64,000 nucleotides of DNA from Tubulanus polymorphus (GCF_964204645.1 NC_134033.1:5418231-5482230), one strand, 5' to 3'. Shown: positions 12,085 through 25,900, counted from the first letter of the stretch. A program made the numbers and translations. Notes: generated from the letters alone by a model not told the origin.

Positions 12085-15000
12085 ATGACGACTGCAGCGC
12101 GACCGACGTTTGAACCGGCCCGCGGCGGATCGGGACGAGGCGAAAACGACCTCAGCGCGATTTCGAAACAATATTCCAGCCGTGATTTACCATCTCACAC
12201 TAAACTCAAATACAGGTGAGTTTTCATCTAAAGCGTCTAATGTCTGGTGTTTTTGTAGTTCATTTTCAATTAAAAATCTCCGAAGGTGAAGGTCTGATCA
12301 TGTATTAGACGAGAAGATACACAATATCCATATATGATGATGACGAGAGAAATCCCACAATAACGAAGCCAAGATTGAAACATTCTATATCAGAATGATT
12401 GTATTTGAGGAGCGACGTTTAGGCTAACAACTGTTAGCCATCATCAGGCGTACTGGGTCCAGTTCCACAGTTCTGAGTTAAGATTTAACTCAAGAGTTAA
12501 CTCATTCAAAATGAACTAATTTTAACTCAGAGTTAACTCTAACTCACAACTGTGGTACTGGGTCCAGAGTATGATCTTGGCTTCGTTATTGTGGGATTTC
12601 TCTCGCCGATCATGTATTACATGTATAAAGTTTGGATGATCGCCTTTTGAAAGTGTGCTGATAAAATGTTTGATGTTTGTAGTTCATTTTAAATTGAAAC
12701 CGTCTCAGGTGAAGTTCTGAACGCGAAGTGTGGACAATCAGTTTTTGAAAGTGTGATAAAATGTCTGATGTTTGTATTTCATTTTCAATTAGCAAAATGT
12801 CTCGGTTGAAGTACTGAACGCATGTGAAGTGTGGATGACCTATATTTGAAAGTGTGTTCATAAAATGTCTTCGGTTGGCTTCGAAATCTTTTCATCGAAC
12901 GGCATTTTCTTCGATGTGTTTTCAGACAGGAAGGTCAGACGTCCGAAAAGGAGACCCGCGGTCGTGATTTCAGGCGAGATCTCGAAGAGAGAGAGCGAGT
13001 CGCCCGTGAGAAGAACCGCGATCGAGACCGCCGTGGCGGAGGTAGGATTTCGGTTATCCATAATCTCCCCTTCCAAGGGCAAGAAATTTGACTTGTTCGT
13101 CTACGTATCTACTCCTAGCAGGCCCGTAGCTATGGACCGCCCAAAATCTAAAAAAGGTCCGCTTTTGAAAAATAGATTTTTAGAAATCGTGTGGACTCTC
13201 ATTTTAGTAGGCCTAGTGACGTAGGACTGGTATTGAACTCCCTAGGGGTATCAGCACAATTTCCCCCCAAATTAAATCTTTTTGATATTAAAGTAACACA
13301 GATATTTACTTCTAATTATTTAGACAAAGCGAACTTATTCTAGCTAATTAGTGCAACTAATTACTCTAGGACTGATTTAAAGTTTTTGATTGGCTAAGGT
13401 AACACTAAAACTAATTCCAATAAATTAGCTAACGTTAACTTATGCACTAATAAGTGGACTAATTAAGTTTCCTTTAATTTGGTAAGCGAATTAAGATTAC
13501 TCAAGGACTGATTCAAAGTTTCAAATCTGCACACAACATCAGTAATTCTATATCTCATAAATCTATATTCAATAATAGACAAATAAATTTCTAAGTAAAA
13601 GTATTTAGGTGGTGTTAATCCAAATCAAAAAGGATTTTATTCGGGGGGGACTATTGTCCGGGGGACAGTTGTCCGGGGGGGGGGGGGCAATTGTAGAGTC
13701 CTCCGTCGGTAGACTTGAAAGCTCCTGCGAGCGTATTTGCCATCACGAGGTTCACTTCATATGATCAACTGTGAAGATCCTTATAAAATGATCCTGAGAG
13801 TAACTTTCTGTTAGCTCTTGGTGGCACAAATAATAACCACTGGATAAACACAGCTGGTATTTTGTCATCAGGAGTGAAATAGGTGTTGGAATTGATATGG
13901 TAAGTTTCGTATATCAGCTCTAAGTTTGGAAGCGCTGACAGAAATCATGCAAAATTTCAATGCACGTTTCCCCATTCTACTAACCGATGCTTGAACTTGT
14001 TTCGTGATAATGACATGACGGGGAAAGCCCTTCACAAAAAAGGCATCACTTGGAATGCCCTTCTATAGGGCTTTCTTTCCAAGTGAAGAAATGAAAATTT
14101 AGAATAAAATTTTAACAATCTTTGTTTTGACGAATACTGGTACCTCAGGCAGGGTCGGAACCCCCGAGTCCACCCCCTAAATCCGCCTGGCTGAAACTCT
14201 CATCAAAGTACAATCGATCAATATTTCAATTGATAGAACAAACCTCTGTCTACTTTTTATAAAAGGCAACGTTCAATAATAGTACTAATAATGATAATGA
14301 TTTATTTCATCATCAATTAAAGCGAATACAAAATTACAAATAGAGTACATGAATTAGTAGATAGATGATAGGGACCTGAAACAGAGCCATCACGGTTGTA
14401 CAAGTCTCTAGGGCATTCAGGCCCCTTGAGAAAAAAAGTAAAGATAAAAGAAATGATAGTAACAACAGTTATAATAATAATAATAATAATGATGATAATA
14501 GAACAATTCAAGTAGGCCTATTTATAGAAAATGGCTTAACGATATGATAAATACGTTTCGAGTTAAAATTTCGATGGTCCTCTTTGAAGAAAATGAAAAT
14601 TTCCTAAATTCACCTATCCGAGGTCCCAGAGTATAGTGGAGGCAGAAAACCTGTATATTTGACTGTTTTTTATTTCCAGAGTCATCGTCGACGTCGAGTA
14701 AACGACCGAGAATCGAAGCGTCGTCGTCCTCGAATTTAGACGCAGACGACCCAATCGACGACGAAGAGGTTAGTGTCGAAAATGATAATCGGAAAGTAGA
14801 AAAAAAAATCGAGAATTACAAAGTCTTGTTCGTCTTGACATCGGGGAAAAATTTTGACAATAGTTATTTCGAAATAATCTTTCGTTCAGTTTAGGGAAAT
14901 ATTCGGGAATGGGACGAATTTGCCTCTATCAGGGTTCCTACGACGACTTCACGATTCCTTAAACAAAATTGGATATGTTTTTAAAGGTGCTTGAAACTGC

Positions 15001-17034
15001 TTTGTGTTTTTAAAGGTGCTTGAAACTGCTTTCAGTTGAGAAAAATGTCCAAAACTCCTTCAATTTTTAGAAATAGGCAATAAGAAATGTTGGTCTGGTT
15101 TGTACATTAGTGTCGTAATCGTTATATCAGATTTTTTTAACCCAATTAGGCGGTTAATCAAATTCAAAAATGAATTTAGTGTAACGGATAAACATTTGCT
15201 CATGAAACCATTGAATTAATGGTTTGACTGAGATAAACAGTACCGAATTAGGAGGAGTCTTACTACAATTATGATATGAAAATGATGCAGAGACTCCACG
15301 AAATGTTCTCCTTGAAAAAAAAAAGCTCCTTGAACTCATTATATCCAGGAATACTGATCTGTATGGACCTACTCGTTTGATTTACACTTGAAGTATCAAT
15401 GAATTGATTAGATTTCACAATCTTCCCTGGAAATCACCTTCAATAAATTATATTCTTATAAGTACATTGTAGATAGAAATGTGTGTGCATCGGCCTATTT
15501 TTGCATTCCTACGGGTGATATGATTGCTTTGTTATTTTTTTTCTCTATAGGAAGATGAAGATGATGACGAGGATGATGAAGATGATACCGCCGAATTGAT
15601 GGCCGAGTTACATAAGATAAAAAAAGAGCGAGCGGCAGAAGCAGCTCAGAAGGTAACAGTCAAAATCCCCCTGTGATGTCATCAATCTTGAAGAACCAAT
15701 AACATTACACCAGTAGATACTAGAACACCTCGAATCTTCATCATTGTAATTGTTCACCTCCTCCATAAATGCCCCTATGACATCATCATCATCGTTATTG
15801 TTCACCTCCTCCATAAATATCCCTATGACATCATCATCGTTATTGTTCACCTCCTCCATAAATATCCCTATGACATCATCATCGTTATTGTTCACCTCCT
15901 CCATAAATATCCCTATGACATCATCATCGTTGTTCACCTCCTCCATAAATGCCCCTATGACATCATCATTGTAATTGTTCACCTCCTCCATAAATGCCTC
16001 TATGACATCATCATCATTGTAATTGTTCACCTCCTCCATAAATATCCCTATGACATCATCATCGTTGTTCACCTCTTCCATAAATACCCCTATGACATCA
16101 TCATTGTAATTGTTCACCTCCTCCATAAATGCCCCTATGACATCATCATCATCGTTATTGTTCACCTCCTTCATAAATATCCCTATGTCATCATCATCGT
16201 AATTGTTCACCTTCAAAAATACCCCTATGACATCATCATTGTAATTGTTCTCCTCCATTAATCCCGGAAATGAATGAAAAAGTGCTACCAATGAGTGAAT
16301 GTTTTGAAATCGATGCTCAAATTTTCTTACGAAATTCATCAATGAGCAGGAGGAGCGACAAAGGCCAGTACAACCAATACCCTTGTCTCTATTAATCCCC
16401 CTATGACATCATCGTTCTCATACAACAGTTAGATGCTTGAACGAACAAAACTGCGTGTTATATGACCCATCACTCACCGAAAGGGAAATGTTACCGGGAC
16501 ATTGAATATCGAATCTGTGTATTTCACAGGAAGTCGAAAAGAAACAAGAGGAAGAACGAATTCGAATGGAAAACATAGTCAAAGGCAATCCACTTATTAA
16601 TCAAGAGAAAATGTCGGCAGATTTTAAAGTTAAACGAAGGTAAAGTCGTTTTCCCTGAACTCGGTGAAATATTTACGGCAGTCTCAACGCTACTGAGTTC
16701 ACTGATTGTCAGCTCGGTGAAATATTTACAGCAGTCCCGACGTTACCGAGTTCCCTGATTGTCAACTCGGTGAAATATTTACAGCAGTCCCGACGTTACC
16801 GAGTTCACTGATTCTAAACTCAAGTCAAGTGAAAGTCTCATAGTCCCAATGTTACCGAGTCGGCGCCGTTTACCGTATTTCATTTTCATCGTTTTCATTT
16901 TTCTTTCCAGATGGGACGACGACGTTGTGTTCAAAAATTGCGCTCGCGGCGAAAAGGAAAAAGACAAACGTTTCATAAACGACACGCTGCGATCGGATTT
17001 CCATCGGAAATTCATGGAGAAATACGTGAAGTGA
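12085..17034 (+). CDS. CWC15: Spliceosome-associated protein CWC15 homolog, 223 aa, 6 coding exons
   Basis: Exons 12085-12215, 12926-13041, 14680-14768, 15551-15652, 16530-16639 and 16911-17034 total 672 nt, are all GT-AG and are in phase. The N-terminus [15 protein letters not shown]...[14 protein letters not shown] and C-terminus [18 protein letters not shown]...[20 protein letters not shown] are CWC15 hallmarks. Confidence 0.97.
12305..12613. mobile_element. Penelope-derived palindromic mini-element with a decayed hammerhead (12411-12450, minus) and a nested palindromic MITE (12455-12566)
   Basis: gagagaaatcccacaataacgaagccaagat is inverted at 12574-12605. The end resembles the pLTR end of the intact element at 41630-41685. 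The minus strand reads CTGATGA-T-GGCTAAC-AGTT-GTTAGCC-TAAACGTC. Confidence 0.65.
15740..16260. repeat. ~39-45-bp minisatellite in a CWC15 intron
   Basis: Unit ttgttcacctcctccataaatatccctatgacatcatcatcgtta, about 12 copies. Confidence 0.9.
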
Positions 17035-17524
17035 TCGCCGTCGATTATATTGTTCATCGTGGGAAAACTGATAAACGAACTCGCGACGATATCTCATCTG
17101 GATGTGGATATGCCTCGGAATATTTGGATTAAACGTCGGAACGTTGAAAATACGATTTCTTTCTCTATGTCATTTTACTAAGTGCGAATGATTTAGTCTA
17201 TAGCCAAACTCGTTTAAGTCGTCATCGAATCAATCGTCGCGTTACTTAAGTCATCTCTATTTTTCATATTTTAGTCATAGATTTTGTGGTAAACTTCAAT
17301 GGGACGCATAAGGGATGGCGAAATAGGTTCGCAGTGGCGGATCTCAGCTCAATTACTACCAACATTTTCAAAATCAAAATTGTTTGTAGTTCATTTACAA
17401 TGAAACTACTATTTTCGATGCCAAATTATGGTGAAAACATCTACCAGGTAGTCCCGTCTATACTTTCTTATGTTCGATTCATTGCCCCTATTCTTTTTAC
17501 AAATTTTGATCGTCTAGTCTAACC

Positions 17525-18022
17525 AGAATGCCGGACATTTTTAATTGAAAATGAACTACAAACACCGGACATAGATATTTTATCAGCACACTTTGAAAAA
17601 CTGATCATCCACGCTTCACATGTGTTCCGAACTTCTTCACCTGCAACATTTCAATTGAAAATGAACTACAAACACCGGACATTAGATGTTTTATCAGCAC
17701 ACTTTCAAAAACTGATCGTCCACACTTCACTTGTGTTCAGAACTACAACTGAGACATTTTTAATTGAAAATGAACTACAAACACCAGATTTTAGACGTTT
17801 TATCCGCACACTTTCAGAAACTGATCGTCCACACTTCACATGTGTTCAGAACTTCACCTTAGACATTTGTAATTGAAAATGAACTTCATTGTACACACAC
17901 CAGACATTAGATATTTTATCAGGACACTTTCAAAAACTGATCGTCCACACTTCACATGTGTTCAGTACTTCAACTGAGACATTTTAATTGAAAATGAACT
18001 ACAAACACCCGACATTAGACAT
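17525..18022. repeat. ~115-120-bp tandem repeat, about 4 units; related inverted copies at 12215-12300 and 12615-12860
   Basis: Recurring aattgaaaatgaactacaaacaccggacattag...gcacactttcaaaaactgatcgtccacacttcacatgtgttcag. Confidence 0.85.
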
Positions 18023-19082
18023 TGATACCTTGTTTCTTGGTCATTTTGTATATCGCTATTAAATTCGTAATCAGTTCAGTTCTATAGCTGCCAGGTCTGT
18101 TATTGTTAGCTTGATCATGATTTTGAAAAATTTTTAGTGTACATGGTAGATAGGTGGCCGGCCGGGTCAACTTTATAACTCAGCTGAAATGAGAAATAGG
18201 GATCATTCATTTATAATACATATGCATAACATTTTATACATGAAGGATTAAGTACGCAATTGCAGTTACCCCATCCCCCTCCCCTAATGCGTAGGTAATA
18301 GATGAATGATCCTACAAGGTATCAATTTTTTAGCAGGCTTTAACGCTTTATTTTCCCTATCTTATTTCGGGGCAGTTTTAAACCTTTCCAGACGAGTAAC
18401 AGTGGAATAAAACTGAATATTGTTTCGTATTTTTGTTTACGCGCTGAATAATGCATTAGCATGTTTTAATTGGCCCTCAGAATTCGCACATGTACCAGCG
18501 CCGATTGAAGGTGTGATGATCCGTGTACCCCGCTGTATTAGTCTAGTACCTAGCCGTTGTTCCTCAAACAAGGTTGTAGGGAACCGTAACAACGACTGGT
18601 ATTCAGACTACCCGCTGTATACGGTATTGTGTAAACAGAAGGACAAAAAAAAACAATTCTCTCAATTTTTGTAAAGAATCCTCAATAAATAAACTACGTG
18701 TATCGAAAAAAAATGATTCCAGCGTTTGTGCGTCTTATTTGTATCGTTCGTCTCACCCGAAACCCATTCGGTAGGGGGCGACTGCAGTTTAAGTGTCTCT
18801 TAAGGTTTATGTACCGGTACGATTACGATTTCATTTTACAACTCGACCATTTCCAGAATATATGGAGGAAAAATATTTACAAAACAACACTTAAGTGATA
18901 ACAATTTAAGAATAAAAAGTTACCTAAAACTAGCGCCACAGGGTGACCTAAACTGCAGTTAGTCCCCCCTTGGAATTTTTTGGGGGCATCCCTTGGATCC
19001 GCCTCTAGCTGCTTCAGACGTAACTAATTGGCCCCGAGGATCCGAGGAGAGGGCCAGTCTACTGAAGAATTTAGCCAATCAC

Positions 19083-20234
19083 TGTTGAGTAAGGGTTTAA
19101 GAGGGCTTTTCAATCTAACTAAAATGCCTGGTTTCAAGGATTTATGTATTCTACAACAACTACAGCTTTTTAACAGTTTACTCAAACCGATAGTTATGTA
19201 TGGTAGTGAAGTTTGGGGAGTTGTGCCCTATATGTCATTTCTAAAGAAACCAAATGGGTCACTCACGGATATGGGTTTACCATATAACAAATGGGTAGTG
19301 CAAAAGCTGCAGTCAAGATTTTTTAGGTTCATAATGGGTCTTCATTCTAAGGGGTCAATTTTACCTATTCTTGGTGATTTGGGAGAGGTTCCACTCTATA
19401 TTGAGATTACTATGTCAGCTTTGAAGTACTGGAGGTCAGTTATGTCGTCGGGTAATAGCAAATCATTGATCTACTTGTCTTTTCTAGAACAATATGAAGA
19501 TGACAGGGAGGGCAAATTCAATTATATATCTACCGTTAAATCAATTCTATCAAATTTAGGGTACTCAAATGTTTGGAACAACTTGGGGCATTATTCGAAT
19601 AGCATTATTCTGGGTATTAGAAAGCGTCTGTCAGCTATCTTTGTGGATCTCTGGCATAAGGACATAAGATCAAGTGATCATTCCCGTTATTTTTATAAAG
19701 CAGTTAAAGTAAGTTTTAAGTTAGAAAAGTATTTATTAGTGCTAAAAGATTTTAACCTCAGAAATGCTGTTGCTAAATTACGGACGTCTACTCACAGCTT
19801 AATTATTGAAAAAGGTAGACACCGCGGTATAGAAAAGGAAAATCGTTTGTGCAATATTTGTAATGTGTTGGACGATGAATGTCACTTTTTGTTCCATTGT
19901 AAAAGAGTTGCCAATCTGAGAAAGGAATTAAATATAGCTATCTTAGACGTAAATAGTTAAATCTCCACTTTCGACAACCTAAACCCTACAACCAGCATTG
20001 TTCAGCTAGCCAAATTTATTAAACTCGGTCTGCCATTGTCCTAATATTTCTTCGATTAATGTTCTGTATGTTTTCAATTATGTTTTAACTCATCTGTAAT
20101 TAGTGTTAATTATGCTTCATTTTATTATTTGTTTATCTCCTATTATGTATATACTTGATTTTCCGAATTTGTATCAGTTGCAAACAATGTTTTATTAATG
20201 TTTATGCTGAATAAAGATTGAATTGAATTGAATT
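19083..20234 (+). mobile_element. 5'-truncated non-LTR retrotransposon (ORF2 C-terminus, 3' UTR and simple-repeat tail)
   Basis: ORF 19028-19960 has LFNSLLKPIVMYGSEVWG, KLRTSTHSLIIEKGRH and a Cys/His motif RLCNICNVLDDECHFLFHC. It ends in aataaa followed by (attga)n. Confidence 0.85.
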
Positions 20235-21789
20235 AGTCGGTAGCCTGTGGTTTAGTATCACGATCGGATATGTTCAAAGCCCATCATATTGTCAAAGCTT
20301 ACCGCCAACGATTAGGTAACTAACTAGCCAATCAGAGTCCTCGTATCGTGAATTTGGTCAAATGTCAATTCGATGTCAAATTCACCGTTACTTTGTCTCC
20401 TTAAAGGGTTACTGACTCAAAGTTTTTCAAGTTATTCCAATTTTTTCTCATTTTTACACTAAGATTCTCGCGGCTGACAGTGAAATCGTACTACTTTGTA
20501 TATAAACTTGTTTCGTATTATCTAAAATCTCTGCATGGATATCTTAGAATTATCGTAACAAATGGTTTCATAAACCGTACCTTATTGAATTTGTTCGACT
20601 ATATAGGGCCACAGATGGCGCGCGTTCAATCGGCGCGTGTAAGCTTGGAGTAACTCACCGGTCACAATGACCACCACGCCTGCATTTGTTAAGTTCAAGA
20701 TATACATATGCTATGTGTCCTATACCGTTTATAGGCCCTACGCCTATTCCCGCCTATACTCGGTTCACACCAAACAGCAGTAGTTATTGCCCTTTTCAGA
20801 CTTTATCGAGCTACGGCCAATATACTGGTGGAAATTCGCCCGGAATCCTTTTGGAGAACTGTAGCAGTAATGTCGGATAATCATATTCGCATCGAAAAAA
20901 AGAAGCAAACTACGTACCATATATTGGATCGGAGTTGGAGGATGGAGCAAATTTGTTTTTGTGTGAAATATTTTAAGTAAGAGCAGTGACGTTTACGGTA
21001 CGGTACTTCCATGCTGATGTGTGACGCTGCCCCCTCCCCCGCAGACCTTACGGCGGTTCCATCAAATTGATAGTGACACGCTTCAAGAATTAGCCTCGAT
21101 AACTGAATCCACGGAAATATCGTTTTGAAATTTGACCGCCGCATTTAAGCTGGATATAATGTGCTCTCGTTTGTACCTATAAACTATATGGCGCGATGTT
21201 CAAGGCCATGTACTTTGATGGAATCAATTATTGGAGGAGTATAATGATAACTCGGTGAGTAGAATTTGTTTTGTTTTAATGCGTGTTGCGTAAGGCACTT
21301 CATTATCTCGGTTGTGAAACTAATGAAACCCGGCTATTATTTTACCGCGTGCATCTCGAGTCAAACGCGATACATACGTCGTATAGTTTATCGTATTTCG
21401 TCGCTCAACGATGGATTATATTTCTGTAAATGTCAATAATTTGAGATGAAATGTTGACTCGCGCGTTAGGGCTCTTGACCTGAACACGTCGAGTTCTATG
21501 AATATTGATGACTATTATTCATGTCGACGACAAAAGCGATCAACGAAACGAAGTTCGAAACGATATAATCTTTGGCCTATTATTGACAAACGAAATCTGA
21601 ATGAATATTTCGACAAAAACGTGTTTCAATTTGAAATTCGAATATCACTTTCTAGAAGATGTAACCAAATGGCAACTACAGATGCGAAACCGCTGCGTAA
21701 ATTGCTTTGGAATCCGAGGTAGTAGTAGTGTAATTTCGGTCGCTGTATCTTCTCTTAAGGTCCATACTGTCCCATACCTCGCCCATCCT

Positions 21790-22110
21790 CCATCAGCAGG
21801 GATTTGAACCTCATAACACCATCAGACTCAGTGACAGTACAAACCCCTGCCCTAGTAGACACATCCTCCCTCGACAGAGATTCTTAAAACCTCGTGACAT
21901 TGTGAGACTCAGTCACAGTACAAATCCACGCCTCCGATAGCAAGGACTTAAACCTGAAGGCATCGTGAGACTATTTCACGTGGTACAAACCTCTGCCGGA
22001 GACACATCCTCCGTCAGCAGGAATTCAAACCTGATTACATCATGAGACATGCACAAGCCACGCCGGCCTCCCATAGCAGGGTTCGAACCTGATGGAATCG
22101 TGAGACTCTT
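21790..22110. repeat. Tandem degenerate tRNA-SINE-like units
   Basis: Repeated catcctccNtcagcagggatttgaacc / gggttcgaacctgatgg. Related copies are at about 44875-44945 and 45340-45400. Confidence 0.55.
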
Positions 22111-22193
22111 TCATAGCACCTCAGCACCCTTGTCTTAATAGATAGTCCCGGGAAAAAACCCACAAAAATGAAAATAAAACAAGACGTAGGCTG

Positions 22194-22922
22194 ATCTATT
22201 CCGAACAAAAATTTGTTTATTTATTTAGTGAAATCCATGTGCATTTTCATTCGTGATAAATTCAGGTTTAGTATTGGGCGGGATCGTCTAAACTGGAAAT
22301 ACTGTCGGCTGTAGAAATAAAAATGAGAAACAATTGATAATAGAATTAATCAAGGAGACGAAGAGACACTCTATATTCTGCATTGACAATGATAATGATG
22401 CAATATACTCTAAGAGTTCTAATGGTTGGGGTCATGGGCCATCTTAACCCGGATTCGAACCCATTAACGCTAAAGCTGTTCCCCGATTCCCTTGACCTCG
22501 ATCTATTCCGAACAAAAATTTGTTTATTTATTTAGTGAAATCCATGTGCATTTTCATTCGTGATAGATTCAGGTTTAGTATTGGGCGGGATCGTCTAAAC
22601 TGGAAATACTGTCGGCTGTAGAAATAAAAATGAGAAACAATTGATAATAGAATTAATCAAGGAGACGAAGAGACACTCTATATTCTGCATTGACAATGAT
22701 AATGATGCAATATACTCTAAGAGTTCTAAGGCTGTAGAAATAAAAATGAGAAACAATTGATAATAGAATTAATCAAGGAGACGAAGAGACACTCTATATT
22801 CTGCATTGACAATGATAATGATGCAATATACTCTAAGAGTTCTAATGGTTGGGGTCATGGGCCATCTTAACCCGGATTCGAACCCATTAACGCTAAAGCT
22901 GTTCCCCGATTCCCTTGACCTC
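22194..22922. repeat. Near-identical 307-bp tandem duplication plus an internal ~115-bp duplication, spanning the last exon of the secreted polyprotein gene
   Basis: atctattccgaacaaaaatttg starts at both 22194 and 22501; gctgtagaaataaaaatgag occurs three times. Confidence 0.9.
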
Positions 22923-25900
22923 GCGACTCGTTAAGAGTCGTTACCAGCCGACCCGAATCCGGTCAGGTTCGGAAGGATGTTTCTTCCTGGGTGTCTGGGT
23001 GTATCACGGTGTGTGTACGTACGTATATATCTATATCAGGGGTCCGAAACTACTCGTCAAGATTGTCTCAATGTTGATCTATTGATCTATGATCTCTCGC
23101 CCCCCCCCCCCATCATTTGGTTCACTTTTTAGACTCAGGGGAGATTATATTTTGTCATTATATATTGTAATTATGTACACGATTTAATTTTTTCTACTCA
23201 CTGATGATTTGTTTGACGGCATCTTTCACGTCTTTAAGATCGTTGATTTTGTCTTTCACCAGAGCCACCAGTTCGTCTTTAGTCACCGTGGCCTTGTCTT
23301 CCAGTGTGGCCAGGTATTTTGTCACCTTGTCCAAAGCGTCGCTTCCTAGATCGCTAACAGCGCTACCGAGACTCGTCAGCGACTGAAGAGACAAAAGGAA
23401 ATAAGCGGTGACTCGAGATCTTCGACGGCGCAATGATATACTTGCTAGAGGTTTTTGTGTCGTCAAGTAAGTCTTTCTTTCGCTTCTAGAGGTAAGGGGG
23501 CTACACGTCAGTGAGTCCTCACGATTAATAAAACAATATATCCGTGTTGAAGCGATTTAGAGAGAATACCACAATGATAACGATAAAAAAAAAACATTCC
23601 GATAATGTAACTGAAGGTAGTGGTTTATCCAACGTTTCGACTATATCCTAATAGTCATCTTAACTGCATTATTCCTGAAGATGACTATCAGGATATAGTC
23701 AAAGCGTTGAAACGTTGAAATTAGTAAGTCCTAGTGGGGCTGGTTGCACAGCCAAGATTCAAGGCCAGTGCTTAGTTCCACAATCGGACGAAATTTACCC
23801 GTTTAAAATACAAGATAGTCGCCCTCGCCACTTATGGAATTTGGAATAAGGCCGCAAAGGGATGTTAAGATAAAACTTGCCGCCCTCGTCACTTTTCCTT
23901 AGGACTAACAAGAAACAATGTATTCCTTGGCCTAATCGTTGGGTTGGTCCTAAATCATCGACACTTAACCCCTGTATTTTTTGTACTTTTGTTTGCAATC
24001 TCATAAAGAACATAGTAAAAAATGTAGTTACAGATATGAGCAAAGATAATAATGAGATTGCCAGGGACCAGAAGAATCCAGATATTATCGAGCCGGGTCC
24101 CTGTCAATGTCAATGACAAATAAAGGAAAACTGTATATTGGCGAACTTATAAAGCCATACATTGACGAAAACCAGCGATGAGGATTTTTATTGAAAATAA
24201 GTGCAGAACGTTTAGGATATGATTAATGATTTTACGTAATATTTGAATAGAATTATATATCAATTGTATACAGGAAAGGAGGTGAGACGTGAAATGATAT
24301 TTAAAGGAAGAAACAGACAACCTATTACGAATTTAATGTGGGGTGCTATTCCAGATTTTGGGACCAGGGCCCAGTTTCACAAAAAGGATTAATGCCTAAA
24401 TCGATATAAGATAAACTGAATTAATGAAGAAATTAAATCGATTTAAGAATTAAGACTTTTTGTGAAACTTGGCCCATATATACTTATGGAGAATCTCCTA
24501 TGGGTTGTGCGACAAAAAACGGTATAGCCAGATCCTGTGCATTGCGTAGAATTCTTAACCTGTCTCTCGTTTTCAAAAGACAATAAATACATACAGTTAT
24601 CGGGCACTAGATGATTGACTAGTTTATACATAACGACCGCTGTAAGAAACTTATTAGTATCAGTATTATCAGTGAGGGTAAGAAATCTGCCATCGAATAG
24701 TGCTCGTGTTTGGGAGGTACATTACATCACACAGATTTAGATAATCATTTACACAGATACTTCGAACGCCTTCTCGACTAGAATTGCAATTCATGACGAA
24801 TTCAGCGTATTTGATATACGTACGTCTAGGATCGCTTTGAAATGCGGCTGGAAGAAATCCTTGGTTTTTGTAGCTAGGCTATAGCCGGCGACCTCGCTGA
24901 CGTCGTTGTCCATTTCTCCTTGTATTTTCGCCAATGCCTCTTTACCTCTGTCTATAGAAGAGTATTGAATTGCGTATGGATTATATACGTATACAACTGT
25001 TGAACTGGACCCATAGTCAAATTAAATCTTCGCAATTGTGGAACTGGATTCAGAGTCAAATAAAACCCGCACAACTGTGGAACTAGGTCCAGAGTCAAAT
25101 TAAACCCACTCAACTGTGGAGTTGGGTGCAGAGTCAAAGTTTTGTACTTGAAAATGTTATACCCGTTTTGAAACTTACTCACGACTTCTTGAATGACTTC
25201 GTCGATCTTTTCGACTCCGTTTTTCACCGATTCGGGAGTGATGTCGACGATGTCATCGATGGCGTCTTCGATTTGTTGTCCGATCTCGTTCAAGATTTCC
25301 TTCGATTTGCCGACATTTTTGTCGACGACTTTTTGGAACTTGGCTGCGAAGCTCTTCGCGCCGGCGATAATGCCGGCAAGTCTCTCCTTGAGCGCCAGAC
25401 CGCGCTTACGTCGACCTGATGTCAATGACCCGAGTAGACTATTGATCAGTTGACTAGCACCCTCACCCCCTTTACCCCCGGTAAACGCTCCCAGCAAAGA
25501 ACTAATCAAATCTCCACCCCCTGATCCGCCGCTTAAGCCCTTAACCAGCTGATTAACCAGATCGGACGCCCCCTGGCCGCCGATAGACATCGCGAATTTC
25601 TTCATAAACTCGGCGCCCTCGCCCGAAGCCAGCTGAGAGAGCAGCTTCTGCAGCAGCGTTTTGCCGCTTTTATCGGGCGTGGTGAGGATGCTAATCAACT
25701 GCGGCACGACGTCGGCGTTGCCGTTTTTCTGCGCGTTCGTAATGACGTTCATGATTTTCTGTAAAATCAAACCGGCGTCGATTTCGTTGCTACCTGCGCT
25801 TCTTTTCGTTTTCCCGTCGGCGGCGTTCAGTATTTCCATCAGCTCTTTCATCTGGTCGTCGTCCGAATCGATCTTCTCCTTTTCGCCGGCCGGTTTCGGT

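Noticed and set aside
15608-16342. 244-aa minus ORF with [13 protein letters not shown] repeats
   Set aside because: It is the translation of a minisatellite inside a CWC15 intron and runs antisense into a CWC15 exon. There is no independent gene signal.
19028-19960. 310-aa ORF as a host gene
   Set aside because: The motifs and 3' tail identify it as a truncated LINE ORF2.
21170-21260. TATA-like motif and gtgagt donor suggesting a plus-strand first exon
   Set aside because: I found no downstream plus-strand exon or ORF to support it.
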